Assembly (NCBI GenBank): GCA_030390025.1
Contig: CM059432.1
Coordinates: forward strand, 55,678,001-55,742,000
DNA length: 64,000 bases
DNA from: Squalus acanthias
Taxonomy: Eukaryota
Reading direction: 5' to 3'
Part shown: positions 24,754 to 37,076 of the stretch, in pieces
Layout of the letters: every line of letters starts with the position of its first letter
Numbering within the stretch: position 1 is the stretch's first letter
Notes under the pieces: generated by a model
The model's database searches: none
Told to the model about the DNA's origin: nothing
The model's input: the letters and a program-made list of their open reading frames with translations, nothing else
Translations under genes and position numbers: made by a program

Positions 24754-27700
24754 ATTTGTTTAAAGTCTCTGCCATTTCCTTATTCCCCATTATAATTTCT
24801 CCTGTCTCAGCCTCTAAGGAACCAATGCTTACTTTTGCTACTCTCTTCCTTTTTACATACTTGTAGAAGCTCTTACAATCTGTTTTTATATTTCTTGCTA
24901 GGTTACTCTCATATTCTATTTTCTCCCTTTTTATCAATTGTTTGGTCATCCTTTGCTGATTTCTAAAGCTCTCCCAATCCTCAGGCTTACTACTATTCTT
25001 TGCAACATTATAAGCCTCTTCTTTTAATCTAATACTATCCTTAACTTCTTTAGTTAGCCACGGATGAATCACTTTTACCGTGGCGTTTTTATTTCTCAAT
25101 GGAATGTTTATTCGTTGAGAATTTTGGAATATTTCTTTAAATGTTTGCCACTGCTTATCTACCGTCATACCTTTTAATCTAATTTCCCAATCTACCTGAG
25201 TTAACTCGCTCTTCATACCTATGTAATTCGCTTCATTTAATTTTAGGACTCTTGTTTCCGACTGAAGTATTTCACTCTCAAACTCAATGTGAAATTTTAT
25301 CAAATTATGATCACTCTTCCCCAGAGGATCCTTTACTATGAGATTACTAATTAATCCTGTCTCATTACGCAATACAAGATCTAAAATAGCCTGTTCCCTG
25401 ATTGGTTCCATGACATATTGTTCTAGGAAACTGTCTCGAATGCATTCCATGAACTCGTCCTCCAGACTACCTTTGCCAATTTGATTTGCCCAGTCTATAT
25501 GAAGATTAAAGACCCTCATGATTATTGTATTACCTTTTTTACAAGCTCCTATCATTTGTTGATTAATACTCTGTCCAACGGTATAGCTACTGTTTGAGGG
25601 CCCATAAACTACTCCCACCAGTGTTTTCTGCCCCTACTGATTCTACTTCCTGATCTTCTGAGCCAAGATCCTTTCTCACTACTGTTTTTATGTCATCCTT
25701 TATTATCAGGGCTACCCCACACCCCTCCTTTTCCTTTCTGCCTGTCTTTTTGAAACGTCAAGTACCCTGGAATATTTAATTCTCAACCTTGGTCACCTTA
25801 CAACCACATCTCTGTAATGGCTATTAGAGTAAAGCCATTTATCTCTATTTGTGCACTAATTCGTCTCCCTTGTTATGAATTATTTCATGCATTCAGATAA
25901 AGAGACTTTAATTTTAACTTTTTACCATTATTCCCTGCTTTCACCTTATTCGCTGATGCACGTTTACCGTTAAACTCTCTGTCCCTTCCTGTCACACTCT
26001 GCTTATCTTTACCCAAATCGCTACACTGCTCCATTGCCTTGACTTTTCTCTTTAGATTGCTAAATTTCCCCTCACCTGACCCCTCCATCTCTTTTTAATT
26101 TAAAGCCCTATCTACAGCCCTAGTTATTCGAATCGCCAGGACACTGGTCCCAGCCCGGTTTAAGTGGAGACCATCCCAACAGAACAGCTCCCTCTTTCCC
26201 CAGTACTGGTGCCAGTGCCCCATGAATCGAAACCCCTTTCTCCCACACCACTCTTTGAGCCATACATTTAACTCTCTGAACTGCTTGTCCCTGTGCCAAT
26301 TTGCGCGTGGCTCAGGTAACAATCCAGAGATTATTACCTTTAAGGTTCTGCTTTTTAATTTGGACTCTAGCTATTCAAACTCTCTCAGGAGAACCTCATT
26401 CCTAGTTTTATGTCGTTGGTTCCTACGTGGACCACGACAACAGAATCCTCCCCCTCCCACTCCAGATTCTTCTCCGGCCACGAGGAGATATCCTTAACCC
26501 TGGCAACGGGCAGGCAACAAAGACTTCGGAATTCCCAGTCGCAGCTGCAGAGATCCCCCTGACTATACTGTCTCCTACCACTACAACATTCCTTTTCACT
26601 CCCCCCATGACTTCCTGCACCTCGGTGCCGTGGTCAGTTTGCTCACACACTCTGCAGACTTTGCCCTCATCCACACAGGCAGCAAAAACCTCATACCTGT
26701 TGGATAAGGGCAAAGGTATTGAAGGGTTGGTGAGGTTTTGAAAAGTACAATATGAAAAACATTTTAGAAAACAATGAACTAAGCAAAAGTAAAAACAGGG
26801 GATGTGACATCATGTTCCAATGTGCTATGACTGGTAATAGTATGACACATGTTCACAGCCAGATTTTTTCCACAGCTTTATATAAGCAGTGAGTGGAGCC
26901 CAGGCATTTCTCACAGAGAGTCAGACTAAGATGGACTTCATTTAATCTCAACTCACCTCCAAGCTGCTCTTATGCACCTCCGAGCAGCCAGTTAGAGAGA
27001 GACATTGGCAGAGAACCAGGAGCGGTCACCTGCCCTCCTGCCAAGGATATGGTTCATGGCGCATGGAGAAAATACAAAATAACTTACTAAACAAAATAAC
27101 TCAAAATAGAAAGCAACATAATCAAAGAAAATGAAATGGCAGGCTGACCTGTAAAAAAAATGCAGGAGAAGAACAGGTGACAGCTCTAAAGAATAGCAAG
27201 ACACAGTGATTGGCACAATTTTTAGCCTGACATAAGCCAAAACCCCACATGAAAAAAATCCTACCGAAAGCAATCGTGCGTAACCATATTCAAACAAAGC
27301 AACCCTGTTGTTGATCACCATCCTAAGGACATTCATCAAACTGAATGAAGAACATTTCATGGTTTTGTGTGATTAAGGTATACTGAAGGTCTATACATAG
27401 AAGGAAGTGCTATATTTGCAACACATTTAAAAATAATGGTGTCAAGCACTGCAAACACTGCAACAACCACTGCATTCTAATTAGTTATTTCAAAAAATGA
27501 GTAAAGTCTCTAACCGGCTCTCCTATTCGCTTCCTGTCCCCAATTAGTGAGAAGTGTTGATAAAGGTGCTACTTGAAATCTTTCAAATGCGGTTGAAAAA
27601 TAAGAGGAAAAAAACAATTGCACAGGTAGAATGCTAATAGCTTAAGTGGTGACAAAAATGAAGAATGCTACTTTTGTAATACTTGGAGGAGATCTGCAAA

Positions 27701-28462
27701 AATAAATCACAAATTATCTAAAATTGTGTAGATATTTGCAAGACCACTCAGGTTTGCTGGACCAAGAAAGCATTTTATGTAAATGCCATTATAATGACAC
27801 ACTTGGCTCAATTTAAAAGACTTTTTCTTTTTGTCATGCCAAAATTCATTGCCCAAAAGAAAGAAAACAATGGTTCATTTTAAGCTTAGTGGACTGGGAA
27901 TGTTTGGAGAAATAAAATGGATATCGATTGCAAAGATTCTGCACCACCCCAGCCCGCCCCCAAAAGTCCAACTCATGCATCAATAACGACTGGAAATATC
28001 AACCTTCTTGGATGGCAAATTAATCTTTCATGTTGAGTCCAATTGAAGAAACATACACATGTCTTCTCATCCGATTAATCTAAGCAAAAAAAGTCAAGAT
28101 TTTCACTGACTGGACCAAAACCTAGTGATTTTTAGCTGCTTACGGCTTTTATGACATTACAGTGTGGTAAGGGATCGCTTCGAGGAACTATACAAAATCT
28201 TTGCTGAAATTTTCTTTTGCATGTCTATAAAACTAGCATAAGTTTAGAGATTTGAAAATTTCACACACACACACACACACTTTGGCAAAGTACATTTGAA
28301 AACAAACCCTTTGACTTTTTGAATAGAAAAATACTGATATTGAATTCCTAATGGATCATCAACAGTATTCTTTTCCCCTCAGTAATGTGATTAGGTCCTA
28401 TGAGATGGTATTGTTAACAGCATCAAAACTATGAAAACAAAACCAAGCAATATATCTTCAGC

Positions 28463-30040
28463 TTCTACCTCCTTCCCAAGATCTACAAACAGGACTGCCC
28501 CGGTAGACCCATCGTTTCAGCCTGTTCTTGCCCCACGGAACTTATCTCTTCCTATCTCGACTCTATTTTTTCTCCCCTTGTCCAGTCTCTTCCCACCTAC
28601 ATCCGCGACTCTTCCGATGCCCTCCGCCATTTTAACAGTTTCCAGTTTCCCGGCCCCAACCGTCTCCTCTTCACTATGGACGTACAATCCCTCTACACCT
28701 CCATTCCCCACCAGGATGGCCTGAGGGCGCTCCGCTTCTTCCTTGAACAGAGGCCCAACCAGTCCCCATCCACCACCACCCTCCTCCGCCTGGCTGAACT
28801 TGTTCTCACATTGAACAACTTCTCCTTTGACTCTACCCATTTCCTCCAAATTAAAGGTGTTGCTATGGGTACCCGCATGGGTCCTAGCTATGCCTGCCTT
28901 TTCGTGGGATATGTGGAACACTCTTTGTTCCAGTCCTACTCGGGTCCCCTCCCTCACCTCTTTTTCCGGTACATTGATGACTGTATCGGTGCCGTCTCCT
29001 GCTCTCGCCCTGAACTAGAACATTTCATTCACTATGCTTCCAATTTCCACCCTTCCCTCACCTTCACATGGTCCATCTCCGACTCTTCCCTTCCCTTCCT
29101 CGACTTCTCCATCTCCATCTCTGGGGATAGGTTATTGACTAACATTCACTACAAGCCCACTGACTCCCACAGCTACCTGGACTACACTTCCTCCCACCCC
29201 GCCTCCTGTAAGGACTCTATTCCATTCTCCCAGTTTCTCCGTCTCCGCCGCATCTGCTCTGATGATGCCACCTTCCATACCAGTGCTTCCGACATGTCTT
29301 CCTTTTTCCTCAACCGAGGATTCCCCTCTACCGTGGTCGACACGGCCCTCGACCGTGTCCGTTCTATCTCCCGCACTTCTGCCCTCACCCCTGCCCCTCC
29401 CTCCCGGAACCACGATAGGGTTCCCCTTGTCCTCACCTTTCACCCCACCAGCCTCCACATTCAACGGATCATCCTCCGCCATTTCCGCCACCTCCAGCGT
29501 GATCCCACCACCAAACACATCTTCCCCTCACCTCCCCTTTCAGCATTCCGCAGGGACCGCTCCCTCCGCGACACCCTAGTCCACTCCTCTACCACCCCCA
29601 GCACCCCTTCCCCTTCGCCCAGCACCTTCCCGTGCACGCGCAGGAGATGCAACACATGCCCTTACACCTCCCCTCTTCCCACTGTCCAGGGCCCCAAACA
29701 CCCCTTCCAGGTGAAACAGCGATTTACTTGTACTTCCTGCAATTTAGTATACTGTATTCGCTGCTCACGATGTGGTCTCCTCTACATTGGGGAGACCAAA
29801 CGCAGATTGGGTGACCGCTTTGCGGAACACCTCCGTTCAGTCCGTAAGGGGGACCCCGAGCTCCCGGTGGCCTGTCACTTTAATTCACCGCTTCACTCCC
29901 ACTCTGACCTCACCGTCCTCGGCCTATTACACTGTTCCACGGAAGCGCAGCGTAAGCTCGAGGAACAGCACCTCATCTTTCGTTTAGGCACGCTACAGCC
30001 CTCTGGACTCAATATCGAGTTCAACAATTTTAGATCATAA
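28463..30040 (+). CDS. Penelope-like reverse transcriptase + Cys linker + GIY-YIG endonuclease (N-terminally truncated, frame open)
   Basis: Motifs FYLLPKI.K...GRPIVS, DVQSLYTSI, GVAMGT, YIDD, FLD, CTRRRCNTC and VYCIRC..CGLLYIGET..RFAEH..GLN. Confidence 0.92.
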   Translation, partial: FYLLPKIYKQDCPGRPIVSACSCPTELISSYLDSIFSPLVQSLPTYIRDSSDALRHFNSFQFPGPNRLLFTMDVQSLYTSIPHQDGLRALRFFLEQRPNQSPSTTTLLRLAELVLTLNNFSFDSTHFLQIKGVAMGTRMGPSYACLFVGYVEHSLFQSYSGPLPHLFFRYIDDCIGAVSCSRPELEHFIHYASNFHPSLTFTWSISDSSLPFLDFSISISGDRLLTNIHYKPTDSHSYLDYTSSHPASCKDSIPFSQFLRLRRICSDDATFHTSASDMSSFFLNRGFPSTVVDTALDRVRSISRTSALTPAPPSRNHDRVPLVLTFHPTSLHIQRIILRHFRHLQRDPTTKHIFPSPPLSAFRRDRSLRDTLVHSSTTPSTPSPSPSTFPCTRRRCNTCPYTSPLPTVQGPKHPFQVKQRFTCTSCNLVYCIRCSRCGLLYIGETKRRLGDRFAEHLRSVRKGDPELPVACHFNSPLHSHSDLTVLGLLHCSTEAQRKLEEQHLIFRLGTLQPSGLNIEFNNFRS

Positions 30041-30317
30041 CCTCAGCTCCAATCACATTTATATTTTATTTTTTCCACCCTTTTATTTGCCCCCCCCACC
30101 TTTTTATTTGCTCCTAGAAGCTGGCAGCTGTCCTTCATTCTGCCGGTGGATTTCACACTTCTTTCAGCCTTAACCTGTCACATTAACACCACCTCTAGCC
30201 TTGCATATCTCTTAATGTCTCTTAATGTCTCTTCATCTCCCCCTTTGTTCTTTTATCCCCTCCCCCTTTTCCCAGCTTTACTCTGGCCTTAAATCTATTT
30301 GATTTCCGGCTCTTCAC

Positions 30318-30354
30318 AGTTCTGACGAAAGGTCATCGACCTGAAACGTTAACT
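30318..30354 (+). ncRNA. Minimal hammerhead ribozyme in Penelope pLTR
   Basis: AGTT-CTGACGA-A-AGGTC(ATC)GACCT-GAAA-CGTT-AACT. Predicted cleavage after GUU. Confidence 0.8.
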
Positions 30355-33300
30355 CTCTTTCTCTCTCCACGGATGCTGCCTGGCCTGCTGAGTTTTTCCA
30401 GCGTTTTCTGTTGTTATTTCAGATTTCCAGCATCCGCAGTATTTTGCTATCGTAATATATCTTCAGATATCTTTTCAAGGTTAAATTATAATAAAGTTAA
30501 TTGTAAACTAGGTTTCTACTGCATCACAAACAATGCATTTCATCAAACCAAATCAAGTCACAACAGCTGTATGAGCCCTTGCCTTCAATGTACTACTAGT
30601 GCTGATATAAAGAACATGTATGATACCAAGCTTATATATTAATATATACACAAATCTATTTCAAACAGAAACAGTTCAGCTTTTTTAGATTGTCTATATT
30701 TAGAATACACCCAATTTCTATCGTAAGGTGGATTCCACAGTATAGATAGCAATACAAAAAGGTTAAAAGATGTGAGCATGATTTTGCGTTTATGACTGCA
30801 GATCTTCCCAATTACTGGGAAAGATTTGTGCAGGCCAGCAATATGAAAGTTATGCCGCTATCTTGTGCAGATGGGCTAAGCATTCAGCCAAGCTTGAGGT
30901 GATACTTTGCCACTCCAAACAGAGCAGAACTGTATCATTTTCCCTACAGTTCTGTCACAGCGGCAGTGCTGCAATATAAGTGCTGCATAAGACTTACAAG
31001 GTTACTGGCCATTTCAGCTAACCATTGACAATTATATAGTACATTGAATAATCTCTGGATTATTGCTCGAGCCACGTGCAAATTGGTATAGAAACAGTCA
31101 GATCAGGAGAATTAACATGTAGCTCAAGGGCTGGTGTGGGAAAGAGAGGTTCCTTTTCATGGGACACTGGCACCAGTACTGGGACAGGAAGGAGCTGTAC
31201 TGATGGGACGGGCTCCACCTGAACCGGAATGGGACCCGTGTCATAAAGGTAAATAGGGAGGTGGCAAAGGCTTTAAACAAGTAAGACGGGGGGAGGGATC
31301 TACAAGAAATGAAACCAGCCTAAATATAAATGAAACAGGAAAGGAGAGCATGGGACAGACTAAACTAAGGGAGGACATAGATGTGCAGGAAAGAAAGTTA
31401 TAGAACAGGAGTGTAAAAAGATGGTTAAAAATAAAGTGAGAGGAACTACTATTAAAAATTAATGCACAAAGTGTCCGTAATAAAACAGGGGAACTGGAGG
31501 CAATAATACGTTGCGAGGAACCAGATATAATAGAGATTACTGAGACATGGCTACAGAAAAATCAGAACTGGGAATTAAACATTGCAGGGTATAAAATATT
31601 TAGAAAAGATTGAGAGGGGAAAAGGGGAGATGGAGTAGCTGTATATATTCGGGTTAACATAATGGCAGTAGAAAAAAGTGACGCAGCTATCAGTAAGACA
31701 GAAATAGAATCCATGTGGATAGAGATAAAAGATAATAAAGGACCTACTAGGAGTTATCTACAGACCACCTAATAGGGGTAGTCTACAGACCATCTAATAG
31801 TGGAAGGGGGGTGCAGGAAGAAATATGCAAACAAATTAGGGAAATGATTAAAAATTATAGAATAATAATCATGGGGGATTTCAACTATCCCGATATTAAT
31901 TGGCCATGAGAGGTAGGTAAAGGGGGTAAGGGAATGGAGTTCCTACAATGTGTACAGAACTCCTTTCTAACCCAATATGTAAGAAGCTCATCAAGGGAGG
32001 ATTCGCTACTGCATCTACCAATGGGGAATGAACCAGAGCAGATTAGAGAAGTAAAAGTAGGAGAACATCTAGGCAATAGTGACCATAATATAATAAGCTT
32101 TAAGATAATAATTAAGAAGGACATAAATATAACGAAAACCAGGGTAATAGATTAGAGAAAAGCCGATTTTGAGAGGCTGAGAATAGAATTTGGGGAAATA
32201 AAATGGACAACAATAATGGCAAACAATAATGTAGAACAGCAACGGGAAACATTTAAAACGGTGTTGAACAGGGTCCAGGAAAAATATATTCTGCTAAAAA
32301 ACAAGAACAAGATAAACACTAATGAGACACCATGGATGAAAAAGCATAAGGGAAAAATTGAGGGTAAGGAAAGAGGCATACACTAAGTACATGGACAGCA
32401 GGGGAGAGCATGATAAGGGAGAATACGAAGAGATTAGGAGAGAAGTCAAAAAAACAATTAGGAAGGCAAAGAGGAACTGTGAAATTAAATTATCAAGGAA
32501 CATAAAACAAAAACATAAAATATTCTAGACACAATAAATTTAAAAAAGGAATGTCGTTCTGGGAATAAGGCCACTAAGGAACCGACAGGATAAAATCACA
32601 GGCAGCGATAGAGAAATGGCAGAAATATTAAATAATTACTTTGCTTCAGTATTTACCAGCGAGACAGATCAGGTGGACATGACATCGGATGATGAGATTA
32701 GAAATGAAATAACCGCATTTAAAATAAAAAGAGGAGAAATATTAAATAAACTAAACAAACTCAAGGTGGATAAAACCCCTGATCCGGATGGATTGCATCC
32801 ACGCATTTTAAAAGAATCTAGGGAAAAGATAACAGAGGCACTATTACACATATTTAATAATGCGTTAGAAAAAGGCCAGGAGACTGGCGGATAGCTAACG
32901 TAATACCTATATTTAAGAAGGGAGATAGAACATGTCCAGGGAACTATAGACTAGTCAGCTTAACATCAGTGGTAGGAAAAATAATGGAATCCCTACTAAA
33001 GGAGAAAATAGAAGAACATCTAGAAACCAAAAATATAATAATGAATAGTCAGCATGGATTTCAAAAGCGAAAGTCTTGCTTGACCAACCTCATTGAATGT
33101 TTTTGAAGAGGTAACAGAGGGAGTAGACAAGGGTAATGCAGTAGATGTAATTTATCTAGATTTTCAAAAGGCCTTCAATAAGGTGACTAATGAATAGACT
33201 AATGAATAAGGTCAGAGAATGCAGAGTCAGGGGACGAGTAGCAGAATGGATAGCTAGCTGGCTTCAAGACAAAAAGCAGAGATTAGGGGTAAAGGGTAGC

Positions 33301-33746
33301 TATTCAGAGTGGCAGAAGGTGGGAAGTGGTGTTCCACAAGAATCAGTGCTGGGATCACTGTTGTTCACAATTTACATTAACCATTTAGGGGTAAAAATTA
33401 GGTCGCGCCCCATTTGGGGCGCAAATATCGTCTGGACGCAAATATTAGCGCCTGGCGCTAATTATCGGCACTGACTGGAAACTTCACTTTTACCGCCCCG
33501 GGAGGTGAGTGGAGCGCTAAATCAGGCGCTGCACACCTGTCTTAAGGCGCAAAGGCCAAGGAGTGAGGCGCTAACTCAGCGCGCGAGCGCAGCGCAGCTG
33601 CTGCCAGTTAGCGAGGGAACACAGACACACTGGCGCCGGCCACTTCTTAAAGCGGGGGGGGCCAACTTGCTCCCCAGCCACACCCTGCTCATTGCAGCCT
33701 TGAATCTCGGCCTGGAGAGACCTGTGAATCCATTTTGCTGCCAAGG

Positions 33747-35623
33747 ATGGAGAGGGTGAGAGAACGCGCTCATCGCTTCACCGAGCGGGCCTTGGATGCT
33801 CTGGTTGGCGCGGTGGAGCGCAGAAGATGTATGCTCTTCCCTGAGAGTGGCAGGAGGCCTTTGCCACGCGAGTTCAGAAGAGTGTGGAGGGAGGTGGCTC
33901 AGAGCGTCTCCTCCAGGAGCATGGTGCCCAGGACCCATACTCAATGCCGCAAAAAGTTCAACGACCTCACTCGGGTCGTCAGGGTGAGTGGCTTTTTCTC
34001 AATACCTCTCCATCCCTCCATCTCAACCTCACTCTATGGCCAGAGGGTCTTAAAACCCCAATGCACAACACTCATCCAACACCTATGGCCCTTTCATGAA
34101 ACACACACACACATTCCACACTTTGCATACAGTAAGGGCTATTCACCTATGGGAGGCACATCAGGCAAGACCATGGCTGCATACAGTAAGGGCTATTCAC
34201 CTATGGGAGGCACATCAGGCAAGACCATGGCTGCATACAGTAAGGGCTATTCACCTATGGGAGGCACATCAGGCAAGACCATGGCTGTATATTTACTCAG
34301 ATGCTGTCCTTTTTCTTACAGGCCAAGCTGGCGCATAATCGGAGACAGCAGCAACGGACAGGTGGAGGGCGGCCTCAGCTGCAACCCCTCAGCGATCTTG
34401 AGGAGCGCGTCCACAGGATTGTGGCAAGCCGGGTGATCGGTCCCGTCGCCACTGGAGACGCCGACCCCGTTCTGGACAGCAATGGTAAGGTCATCACCTT
34501 TTTGTCCTCTGTCCTTCCACTTGTCCCTCACAACACCAGCCTTTGACACTTTCAATCCAACTTGCTAACTCGCTGCACTTATTCCTCCCTTACTGCCACC
34601 CTGTCCTCACGCTAAAGCCACTCTTGTACCTCCCTGCTTTCAGATGGTGATTCACCAGCTGAGGAGACGGGCCCTGAAGCTGCCACTGGGAGTGATGCTG
34701 CAGCTGAGGAGGAAGAGGAAGCCGGAGCATCAGTGCCACCCTCTCCCGAGGAAGCCCATGCCCACACTGGGAACACGCCTTCCCTGGAGGGGAGCAGGGG
34801 GGAAGGGTCTGATGAGGGTGAAGCTCCAGGACCCAGCGGGCTGCAGCAACGCCATGGGGGGGGTAGGGAAGAACGGGGGCCTTCTCCCCAGAGGGAGAGT
34901 ATGCCAGACACTCCTACTGCAATGGACACAGAGGAGGAGCGGCTGATCGCAGAAATGAACACCCAGGCGGTGGGCATGCACACTGAGCTCATGGGTGCAG
35001 TGGGAAGGGTGCCCGAATGCATTGAGTCACTGGCAAGGAGTGTGGAGCACTTCGCTGTAGCACAGGCGGATGCCACACTAACGCTTAGTGCTGCAATTCA
35101 GTCACTGGCTGCCGTGATCCCATCTCTGACTGCTCTCATACAGACTCAGATTGAGGCCACGCGAGCACAGACTGCTGCCAACCTCGATGGTTCGTGCACA
35201 TGTCCCCGGGGCTGTCACCGCGCCGCAGCAGGCCAGCAATCTGTTCTCCGGCAGATTGCTCCGGATGCTGAAGTGCTGCCCCGTGGGAGTGCCAGTGTGT
35301 CGGGCGAGCAGGGAGTTGCTGTCCTCTCTCACGATGACAGCATTCCTGCTGCCAACACTGTCACTTCTCCACTGCACTTGCCACCGCCTGTAGGACAGAC
35401 TGCTGCCGCCCATGCAGAGTTGGTGCAGTCTGCAGCCGGGCCCTCCAGGCCCAGAACTGGTCGAGGCCGTCCTTCAGGGGCATCTGCAGTGTCAGGGTCT
35501 GACGAGCAGCAGCCTTCCACCAGCCTTGCTGCAGCCACTGAGGTCCCATTACGGAGGAGCAGTAGGGTTAGAAGGGGGGAAGTGCGCAAGGGAAGGAGAT
35601 CACCCTCGAAGGGCAAAAAGTAG
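33747..35623 (+). CDS. Harbinger Myb/SANT-like protein, exons 33747-33983, 34322-34484, 34644-35623; intact 459-aa spliced ORF
   Basis: HRFTERALDALVGAV...W.EVA..V....RTHTQCRKKFNDL motif. Canonical GT-AG introns (phase 0 and 1) join in frame. Basic C-terminus. Confidence 0.88.
34125..34287 (+). repeat. 54-bp tandem repeat x3 in intron 1 of Myb gene
   Basis: Three identical units GCATACAGTAAGGGCTATTCACCTATGGGAGGCACATCAGGCAAGACCATGGCT. Confidence 0.95.
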
Positions 35624-35917
35624 GAGGTGTGACAAAATGCTGGTCATTTTTTTATTAAAGGTCGAGGTTCATGGTCCAACTTTTGTTTAGTGTTTTGGAC
35701 ATTATCTCCAGGTTGTGAGAACCAGTTATGTTATTGACTGTTTTTTTGTGTTTATTTCTATGAGTTTGTCATGAGGAATTGACAAACACAGAGTTTGTAA
35801 AATAAATAAGTTTCTGTATTCAAAATATACATGGTTGGTGGTTGGAATTATTGGTGCCTTGGCCGGCTTAGGGGTTGCGTGCTGGGTTCATTAATGTTGT
35901 TAGCAATGGCAGGGGCC

Positions 35918-37076
35918 CTAGAAGCGGCTTGCTATTAGCCGTTGACGGACGGCCCTTGCAGTTTGACCATTGTGGGCCGCCCTCCCGCCTTGGTGCTGCT
36001 GATGATCATCCTCCTCGTCCTCTTCCTCCTCTTCCTCCTCCTCCTCTGGTGGTGCTCCAAGGCCTGGTGGCATTGGCTGGGTCCTGACGATTGCCATGTT
36101 ATGCAACATGCAGCACACGACTACGAAGTTCGATACTCGCTCAGGCGAGTACTGCAGGGCTCCTCCAGAATGGTCGAGACAGCGGAACCGTTGCTTCAGC
36201 ACGCTGATTGTGCGCTCAATTATGTTCCTGGTAGCTTGATGGCTCTCATTGTACCGCAGCTCAGCAGGGGTGTTGGGCGTACGGAGCGGTGTCATCAGCC
36301 AGGTGCTCAATGCATACCCCTTGTCCCCGAGAAGCCAACCAACTGGCTGATGCGGTGCCTCGAAAAGTTCTGCCACAGTAGTCTGGCGCAGGATAAAAGC
36401 ATCGTGGCAGCTGCCAGGATACTGGGCATTGACAGCGAGTATCAGCTGTCTGTGGTCACAGACCAACTGAACATTCAAGGAATGGAACCCCTTTCTGTTC
36501 CTGAATTCCTCGGCATTCTCATGCGGAGCACGCAAAGCCACATGCGTGCAGTCAATGGCGCCCTGCATCATGGGGAAGCCCGCTACCCTCGCAAAGCCCA
36601 GAGCGCGGTCGCTGCTTGTCTGGGGTCATGGGGAAAGAGATGAACTCTCGTCTCCTTTTAAAGAGGGCATTTGTGACCTGCCGGATGCAGCAATGCACCG
36701 CGAACTGGGAGATATTGGCGAGGTCCCCAGCAGCAGCTTGAAATGAGCCAGTAGCGTAAAAGTTGAGAGCCACTGTGACCTTCACTGCCACCGACAGAGA
36801 CGTCCTGGACCTCAGTTGAGGCTGCAGATCTGGCTGCAGCAGGTGGCAGAGCTCAGTGACCACCTCCTTGCTGAATCGCAGCCTTCGCAAACACAGCTCC
36901 TCAGACATATGGATGTAGGAGAGCTGTTCACGATATACCCTGGGAGGGTAAGCTCTCCTGTACATACGCCTGATGGCCCTCCTCCGTCTGGCCATCATTG
37001 CCACTCTCTCTCTGCGTCTCTGTATCCTCCGATTCAGCTGGAGCAGGACGACGCCCCCAATCAGTGCAGCCCCCAT
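35918..37076 (-). pseudogene. Harbinger (HARBI1-like) DDE transposase with a single frameshift near 36612
   Basis: ORFs 36552-37145 and 35918-36571 join into one protein with [25 protein letters not shown] and IERT. Confidence 0.93.

Larger units (their letters stand above)
21287..26720 (-). mobile_element. CR1 LINE, near full length, decayed, with three nested insertions
   Basis: ORF1 SGNH esterase (GDSIVRG, DGLHLN), APE endonuclease (LYLNA, SDHN) and RT (GKSCLTNL, LDFQKAF, FADD) fragments. (TTCTTA..)n tail at 21287. Confidence 0.95.
28462..30453 (+). mobile_element. Penelope-like retroelement, 5'-truncated, apparently young
   Basis: Perfect 13-bp TSD AATATATCTTCAG (28449-28461, 30454-30466), RT-GIY-YIG ORF and a 3' pLTR containing a hammerhead. 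Confidence 0.95.

Noticed and set aside
34125..34287. Direct repeats as a CRISPR array
   Set aside because: The units abut with no unique spacers, there are no cas genes, and the context is a eukaryotic intron.
35942..36643. Plus-strand 233-aa ORF with a hydrophobic stretch (similar ORFs at 44147, 44290 and 58405)
   Set aside because: Antisense shadows of the transposase. The Leu runs are the complement of poly-E or poly-Q codons.
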